The notes under the pieces were generated by a model. It had not been told where the DNA came from and did not search any database. It worked only from the letters and a program-made list of their open reading frames with translations. A stretch of 39,317 nt of DNA from assembly GCA_964584135.1 (NCBI GenBank), contig CAZOYN010000002.1, forward strand, positions 918-40,234. The letters run 5' to 3'. Each line of letters opens with the position of its first letter. The stretch's first letter is position 1. The position numbers and the translations under genes are program-made. This stretch comes from an uncultured Candidatus Saccharibacteria bacterium. Lineage in GTDB: Bacteria > Patescibacteriota > Saccharimonadia > Saccharimonadales > UBA4665. Shown here in pieces: positions 34,079 through 39,317 of this stretch.

Positions 34079-34912
34079 ATGAAAATGAATGACGTACAGG
34101 GTCAGCTTGCTCGGCTAAAAAGAGCTGATGATCTCGGTATAGAAATCTCTGAAAGTATTCAATCGTGGTCGAAAAAGAATTTAGATGCTCGTGTCGTAAT
34201 AAATAATGATCGTAAAGGTTGGTATTTAGAGTTACTGGTTAAGAATGATCCCCCTATCGACGAGTTGAGTATGCTATTCAGCGACGCTATTGGTCAGCTA
34301 AGAAATACATTGGATAACTTTGCGTATTCAGTCTTAACGCCCTTGGCTGTTGATAATACAAAATACAACCCCAAGCTAGTTAAATTTCCTATTGTTGCCG
34401 AAGAATCCAAGTGGGAAAAAGCAAGTAAGTCTATAAAGCACATACCAGAGCCATATTTTTCAAGAATTAAGAACGCACAACCTTTCGTAGCCAATTCGTT
34501 TCTCGGTCCAAATGAGATGGATGGCTTAACAGTATTACAATTACTAAGCAACGCTGACAAACATAATTTACAGATAATACCTCACTTAAATACGACTGAA
34601 ATAAACCATGAGATTAAAATAGAGTTTGCAACATTACACGATGCGAACATAAGTACCCCACCGAAAATAGAGATTCTTGCGCCAGTATTTAAAAATGGCG
34701 CACATTTAGTTAAGGGCGAAACAAAAGGTAAAATCACGTCAGTCGAAAACCACGTTAACGTGACTTCGCGCGTGATGATTAAGATTAACCAAGACCAAGC
34801 TGGCATTACACATATTCTGGCTGGTTTATGGGAGTATGTTGCAAAGTTATTAGTGAATATTGCTGATTTGCCACCTCGCGAATTTGAAAAGTGGGCGAAC
34901 AACCTTAAATAA
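34079..34912 (+). CDS. Hypothetical protein with a conserved-looking LLSNADKH motif
   Basis: 277-aa ORF, same strand, 36 nt after the previous gene. Motifs IGQLRNTLDNFAY and LQLLSNADKHNLQ. Family not recognised. Confidence 0.65.
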   Translation: MKMNDVQGQLARLKRADDLGIEISESIQSWSKKNLDARVVINNDRKGWYLELLVKNDPPIDELSMLFSDAIGQLRNTLDNFAYSVLTPLAVDNTKYNPKLVKFPIVAEESKWEKASKSIKHIPEPYFSRIKNAQPFVANSFLGPNEMDGLTVLQLLSNADKHNLQIIPHLNTTEINHEIKIEFATLHDANISTPPKIEILAPVFKNGAHLVKGETKGKITSVENHVNVTSRVMIKINQDQAGITHILAGLWEYVAKLLVNIADLPPREFEKWANNLK

Positions 34913-35063
34913 TGAACTCGCATAGAAGGTTATAATCCTTGACCTGGTTAGATACTAGCAGGACCGTACCTCTCACGGTAACTCCTTAAGGCAGTTACAC
35001 TTTGGCTAATAATGCCGCACCAAATTGACCCAAACAATTTTGAAACAGTATAGTTTCAAACAA

Positions 35064-35086
35064 AAGAGCCCATCAGGCTCTTGTTT
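35064..35086 (+). terminator. Possible terminator hairpin (preceded by a second perfect 8-bp hairpin at 35039-35060)
   Basis: AAGAGCC-catca-GGCTCTT followed by GTTT. Upstream hairpin TTTGAAAC-agtata-GTTTCAAA. Confidence 0.35.
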
Positions 35087-35103
35087 GGTATACTTTTATC
35101 AAT

Positions 35104-35604
35104 ATGGAAAAGCCAGAAGTTAGATTACTCATCACCGGTGGCACGATTGACGATGTAGATTACGACAAAGAAGAATACGCACCGATAAGCAGAGATTCTT
35201 TTATCCCAAGTTTGTTAAGACAATCCAGAGTAAGACTGAGGTATGAATATGAGATTATACTTCAGAAAGATAGCCGATTTATAACAGATGAAGATGTACA
35301 GCTAATTTTGGGAAAATGCCAGGCATCTCAAGAAAGTAAAATACTAATTACACACGGGACTTATACGTTAGCTAAAACAGCAAAGGCACTCGGTGCTTTA
35401 AATCTCCCTAAAACAATAGTGCTATTTGGTTCCATGGTTCCAATTAACCATGATGATTCAGATGCACTTTTCAATCTCGGTAATGCGTTTATGGCAGTGC
35501 AGCTATTACCTCAAGGTGTTTATGTCGTTTCAAACGGCAAAATTTTTAATTGGGACAATGTCAGAAAGAACGATGAAGGTAAGTTCTTTGAGCCGGAAAG
35601 ATAA
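35104..35604 (+). CDS. Short asparaginase/glutaminase-family protein (N-terminal domain only)
   Basis: LLITGGTIDD (catalytic Thr motif TGGTI), ILITHGTYTL (HGTDT-like), GSMVPINHDDSDALFNL. 166 aa, so it lacks the usual C-terminal domain. TGgTATACT ends 9 nt before the ATG. Confidence 0.65.
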   Translation: MEKPEVRLLITGGTIDDVDYDKEEYAPISRDSFIPSLLRQSRVRLRYEYEIILQKDSRFITDEDVQLILGKCQASQESKILITHGTYTLAKTAKALGALNLPKTIVLFGSMVPINHDDSDALFNLGNAFMAVQLLPQGVYVVSNGKIFNWDNVRKNDEGKFFEPER

Positions 35605-35740
35605 GCTGACGATGGGTTAAAATAATAAATCACTCGATAGATTAAATAGCCCAACAAGATTTTTTAACTTTTGACTGTCACAATGTTCAACGGCAGCCGT
35701 TTGCAATGCGTCAACGATATTGCACCAAAAGGGCATTATC

Positions 35741-35763
35741 GGACGCTCCGGCGTCCTTTTTTT
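35741..35763 (+). terminator. Rho-independent terminator
   Basis: GGACGC-tccg-GCGTCC followed by T7. Confidence 0.65.
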
Positions 35764-35854
35764 GGAGCTTAAGGCAAGTGGCCTGTTAACACAAACGAAG
35801 CTACAGGCCTTATGGACTTGAATTTAGGTAGTTTTATATTATAATTGCTTAAAT

Positions 35855-36476
35855 ATGAGAATAGGTCCCGAATTACAGTTTGATTTCCCTCGCACAGACG
35901 GCTCCAGCCCAGAAGAGTTAGAAGGTGTGAGCATGGCTTACCACTATTCCTTTCGACTGGGGGGGGGCGTTACAAGTATCAGAGCTGGCTCACCAGAATT
36001 CAGGCCTCATACCGTTAGTGCTAGTCGAACAAGGCCCAAGCCCGAACCTGGTAATTGACCCGACTGACAAGCCAAAGGTCCGCATTTCGGTACTTGACGT
36101 CTCTGAAATGCCTTCCGAGGAGCAAGAGGCAGTCCCTCCTGGGGTAATACCTATAGCTGTTAACTGCCACATTAAACTCGGCCTATTAGATTTGCAAGTT
36201 GGGGTAAGCGACAAAGCGCAAGCAGTTAATGGTTTGGTTGATAATACCAAGCAAGAATTATCAGCTGGACTGCCCTATCGGTTAGATGAAGACGACTTAC
36301 CGAGAGGTTTGGAAGGTCAACCGCTGAGGGAGAAGCTTGATAACGAGCTGCCTCAAATACTATCCCATGGCATGACCGAAGCTGTTTGGAAGACCTTGAC
36401 AGCGACTACGGAGCGTTATTATTTAATGAGGGCCGATAATGCGTTTGTACGCCGGCGTATTGACCTCGGCCGGTAA
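35855..36476 (+). pseudogene. Hypothetical gene split by a frameshift at a G9 tract (35959-35967)
   Basis: ORFs 35855-36058 and 36018-36476 are in frames offset by one. The frame of the second ORF is open back to 35931. Removing one G fuses them into a single ~206-aa ORF. TATAAT (35840-35845) ends 9 nt before the ATG. Confidence 0.55.
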
Positions 36477-36780
36477 GTTTTACTAGCCAATAGCGGCTTC
36501 TTTGGCTTTTCTCTAGTCCTTGAGCGCCCCCTGCTCGGGATGGCTGCGGGGGCTCTCAGCTGGCTAATGGCCCAACGCCAGACAAATCTGGAAACAGCCC
36601 GCTATCTAGGCAGTCAGGCAGAACGCGAGCAAGATGCCTCGATGTTAGGGGGGCTAATGGCAGCCATGGTCTGTACATCTGTTCATGAGGCCTATTGTGC
36701 GCAGCACTTCGAAGAGAGCATTCTTGGTAAAGCCTGAAAAAATCTGCAGCAAGCACATACTTTAATTTGTAAGGGGGATC

Positions 36781-36849
36781 ATGAAAAAACGTTCAAGGAA
36801 GGCGAAGACTATTTTGACTATAAGACCGACTTTAACCCTTTTGCGATAA
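36781..36849 (+). CDS. Possible 22-aa basic peptide
   Basis: MKKRSRKAKTILTIRPTLTLLR, preceded by the strongest SD-like element in the window (AAGGGGGA, 4-5 nt spacer). No other support. Confidence 0.2.
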   Translation: MKKRSRKAKTILTIRPTLTLLR

Positions 36850-36917
36850 AGCAAGTATAAGTAAACACGGTGTGCTCATACGTTATCAGTATGCTTTATC
36901 AACGATGTCTTCAACGT

Positions 36918-37667
36918 TCACGGCAATCTACCCTGCATTTTAATGGCTTCTAAAATGGCAATAACAATATGCTCTAAGTACGCATAATATGGCACAGGAT
37001 TATCCATTGTTTTAGGCGAGTGTGTAGTTTTAGGAATAATCAGATAGTTCCCGTGTTTGGCATTTTCAAAATATGTTTTAGGCATAATTCTAGGAACTTG
37101 CTCATCAAGTTCATGCTCTAGCACGTAGGTAAAACCGTCAAAGCCAGCGATTGAACGAACAGCGTCATTATTTTTTATATACGCTGCGGTTGCTTTTTCT
37201 TCTTGATATGCGTCTGGGTTTTGCCACCTTTTTGTCTCCTTGTGCGGTAGGTCAAACTCGCTACCATCATATATTGCTGGCACTCTAAGCACTACTGTAT
37301 GAACTGGTCGCTTAGCTGGTAGCAGAGCAGCCATGTAACCGCCGAAGCTGCCACCAATAACAATTATCTTTTCGTAGCCGCGCTTTTTTACTTCGTCAAA
37401 GACTGCTAAAACTTCTTCGTGCTGTTGCTTACGAGTGGATTCTTCTAATGGCAACTTATGTAGCCCGTGTCCTGCGTAGTCTAACGTAGCAAATGCCATG
37501 TTCATTTGGCTGCTCATACGCTCAACACTTTCACGGTGAGAATCCATAGAGCTAGTCCAGCCCTGCAACCACAAAACGCAGTACTCTTTAGTGTCATTAT
37601 CTGGCGAGAATAAACGCCAAGGGATTTCATCAGCACCATGTTTTAGAGTAAAGTCTTCAACTTTCAT
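36918..37667 (-). CDS. Alpha/beta hydrolase
   Basis: Nucleophile elbow VIGGSFGGYMAA (GxSxG), a preceding HG motif (DYAGHG), C-terminal His region. The ATG overlaps the upstream stop (TAATG). Confidence 0.75.
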   Translation of the reverse strand: MKVEDFTLKHGADEIPWRLFSPDNDTKEYCVLWLQGWTSSMDSHRESVERMSSQMNMAFATLDYAGHGLHKLPLEESTRKQQHEEVLAVFDEVKKRGYEKIIVIGGSFGGYMAALLPAKRPVHTVVLRVPAIYDGSEFDLPHKETKRWQNPDAYQEEKATAAYIKNNDAVRSIAGFDGFTYVLEHELDEQVPRIMPKTYFENAKHGNYLIIPKTTHSPKTMDNPVPYYAYLEHIVIAILEAIKMQGRLP

Positions 37668-38203
37668 TATTGTTTTACTCTGACTTTCTCAATCATTTTA
37701 TGAGTGCTTACATAGCCAAGAGCGTCTACATCAGGGTCATAAAGTTCAATCATATCTAGATCGGCTCGGTCAAAAGCTCTAGCGCCCTTTATATTGCTAG
37801 TACCGTTTAGTAACGACTGCTTCAGTCCATCATATTCGGCTTGCTCTAAATAGAAATCCAAATCGCCCACTTGATAACGATACGGATCTGGCTTACGAAC
37901 ATACAAGTAGGTATAGGCGGTTTCAGGGACATCATCTGCTGGCGGAATAATGATTGGTTCGTGCAGCCTAAAGTACTTCTGATTAAAGCTATCTGATGGC
38001 TCAGTTAGTTCTTCCTTCAGAGTGGTTAAGTATTCGTACTCATCATCATAATGGCAAAAAATGCCAATATTACCTGCGCTGGGAAGGTATTTACCAAATG
38101 ATTGTTTGCATAATTTATAGCAAGCAAAGTGCGTGTACTTAATAGCCTCCATTAGCTGTTCTTTGCTGTTGATAGGGCTGAAACGATATAATTTCACCTT
38201 CAC
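37667..38203 (-). CDS. Hypothetical protein
   Basis: 178-aa ORF. Its GTG start overlaps the upstream stop (GTGA). No recognisable motif. Confidence 0.6.
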   Translation of the reverse strand: MKVKLYRFSPINSKEQLMEAIKYTHFACYKLCKQSFGKYLPSAGNIGIFCHYDDEYEYLTTLKEELTEPSDSFNQKYFRLHEPIIIPPADDVPETAYTYLYVRKPDPYRYQVGDLDFYLEQAEYDGLKQSLLNGTSNIKGARAFDRADLDMIELYDPDVDALGYVSTHKMIEKVRVKQ

Positions 38204-38637
38204 TCCACAGCATTGCTGTTATCTAAGATATTATGTTTGGTAGTAATTCGTAGGTAGTAGCCAAATGGGTCAGCAGTTCTAAAATCCTTGCTCCCCCAAG
38301 GGCGTAGTACTAATGGCTCAACCACGTTTGCAACGTCTTTGACTTGCTGATAATACGAATCTATATCATCAACCATGATAACAATTTCTACGCCGTAGCC
38401 TCTCGCAGTATCTTTAGGGAATCGCTTAAAATAAGTTTGGTCATACACTGAGTCAGTACCCGACCAAAAACACAAAATAGTGTTATCCATTTTTAACACT
38501 AAATAGCCCTTGTCGGCTTCGGGTTCTCGTTCCCAAACTATCTTAAAACCTAGCTTGCCATAGTATTCTTTAACTGGCTCAAAGTCAGGCACATGTAGTT
38601 CCAATTGCAAATAGTTAGTTGCTGGTGTCCTATTCAT
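38200..38637 (-). CDS. VOC (glyoxalase/bleomycin-resistance) family protein
   Basis: Beta-alpha-beta-beta-beta pattern: LELHVPDFEPVKEYYGKLGFKIV ... GVEIVIMVDDID ... RPWGSKDFRTADPFGYYLRI. ATG 38637 is preferred over TTG 38649. Confidence 0.7.
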   Translation of the reverse strand: MNRTPATNYLQLELHVPDFEPVKEYYGKLGFKIVWEREPEADKGYLVLKMDNTILCFWSGTDSVYDQTYFKRFPKDTARGYGVEIVIMVDDIDSYYQQVKDVANVVEPLVLRPWGSKDFRTADPFGYYLRITTKHNILDNSNAVE

Positions 38638-39223
38638 TCTTAGCTCCAATTTTAGTCTGTCTTGGGGCGATAATTAAGAAAAACAATACTGCACAAATCA
38701 GGGCTATATAAAGCGGAAAGCCATACTGGGCAAATGCCCACTGCTTAATTGTAAGTAACGTTATAATGGCACTTAGGCAGCCAAACAGAAAAACACCATA
38801 ATGTTCTGTTTTTGGTTCTTGGTACGATTTAATAACAGTTGGGGTGGCAGCTAATAAGTCAGCAGCAATACTGAATGCAATGGCTACATTTCCAACGCCT
38901 GTAATCTTCCATGCCACTAATGCCAAGAGCGATAAGACACCACAAACTATATCAAGTCTTGTAATTTTCCAAACGGCTTTACGGTTTATAAACGAAGCAA
39001 TTAGTACCATAGCTGGCCCAAACCCCACCATGAAAGTCATAATTGATCGTAAACCTACCCCTTGTCCAAGCTCGGCACTAAAGGCTATTAAAGGAGCTAA
39101 AGCCCAAAGGAACCAAGTAACACGGTTTGGTCTGGTTTTGCCTTTAAGTGTCTGAATAACATAACTGGAACTACCAATAAGGTTAAGAGCCGCACCAACT
39201 AGAACAAACTTTTCGTTAAGCAT
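38630..39223 (-). CDS. Polytopic membrane protein (hypothetical)
   Basis: 197 aa with about six hydrophobic helices. First gene of a four-gene overlapping operon. Confidence 0.7.
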   Translation of the reverse strand: MLNEKFVLVGAALNLIGSSSYVIQTLKGKTRPNRVTWFLWALAPLIAFSAELGQGVGLRSIMTFMVGFGPAMVLIASFINRKAVWKITRLDIVCGVLSLLALVAWKITGVGNVAIAFSIAADLLAATPTVIKSYQEPKTEHYGVFLFGCLSAIITLLTIKQWAFAQYGFPLYIALICAVLFFLIIAPRQTKIGAKNE

Positions 39224-39243
39224 TTATTATTCGCTACCTATTT

Positions 39244-39317
39244 TTAATAAACTTTATTCTGAATCTTATCTTCAAGAAAGCCATTCATGTTAGCAATAAA
39301 TATTTCTTGCTTGTTAA
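39244..39317 (-). CDS. Possible 3' end of a gene running off the window
   Basis: Open frame ...NKQEIFIANMNGFLEDKIQNKVY-stop, ending 20 nt upstream of the next ATG. Only 24 codons are visible. Confidence 0.25.
   Translation of the reverse strand, partial: NKQEIFIANMNGFLEDKIQNKVY

Noticed and set aside
36540-36737. 65-aa ORF, and the overlapping 66-aa antisense ORF at 36556-36756
   Set aside because: They are mutually exclusive, have no SD or -10 context, and their start lies inside a GC-rich hairpin. I treated the region as a possible ncRNA or remnant instead.
1-39317. Search for CRISPR arrays, rRNA genes, IS/transposase genes, integrases or reverse transcriptase/DGR elements
   Set aside because: I saw no regularly spaced direct repeats, no rRNA-like conserved blocks, and no DDE, tyrosine- or serine-recombinase, or RT (YxDD) motifs in any listed ORF.

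Overview
This 39.3 kb contig fragment appears to come from a reduced-genome, probably monoderm bacterium. Gene style is compatible with CPR/Patescibacteria (Saccharibacteria-like), but that taxonomy is inference only. Standard genetic code; TGA is used as a stop. (1) nt 1-72 are not genome. They are an error-laden Illumina P7 index-adapter remnant fused to the 3' end of uvrA. (2) 74-15.8 kb is mostly housekeeping: UvrA C-terminus, DedA, L25/Ctc, TrhO, UvrC, an M24 aminopeptidase, SecG, an orphan family-5 SBP, an FAD-linked oxidase, an SPFH protein, tRNA-Leu(CAG) and tRNA-Ala(GGC). It also holds an AT-rich LAGLIDADG-like gene abutting tRNA-Ala. (3) tRNA-Phe(GAA) is followed by a 1.7 kb insert closed by an exact 47-bp copy of the tRNA 3' part. 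This is an att-like scar with no integrase. The insert carries a translationally coupled coiled-coil gene and a PD-(D/E)xK/NERD-like nuclease gene. (4) 17.9-31.3 kb is a cell-envelope region. It starts with a secreted beta-helix/Ig/FN3 protein. It then has a nine-gene, single-strand, tightly coupled cluster in which every product is exported or membrane-anchored. The cluster contains two paralogous Thr/Ser/Gly-rich surface proteins, three tandem paralogous anchor proteins with a double beta-sandwich and a C-terminal TM, a 1232-aa fibre/adhesin with tandem CBM-like repeats, and three membrane accessory proteins. Its architecture recalls Csc/WxL surface-complex loci of Lactobacillales, but the sequences are very divergent. 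This is my top candidate for an undescribed system. (5) tRNA-Gly(GCC), which has an unusual U19:A56 covariation, is followed by a clearly AT-richer island running to the window end. The island carries a three-gene HEPN(AbiU2-like)/TM protein/unknown operon (candidate defence system), a short asparaginase-like gene, a gene split at a G9 tract, and a four-gene overlapping operon (membrane protein, VOC, unknown, alpha/beta hydrolase). I found no rRNA, CRISPR array, transposase or integrase. All homology statements come from motif recognition by eye and need profile or structure searches.
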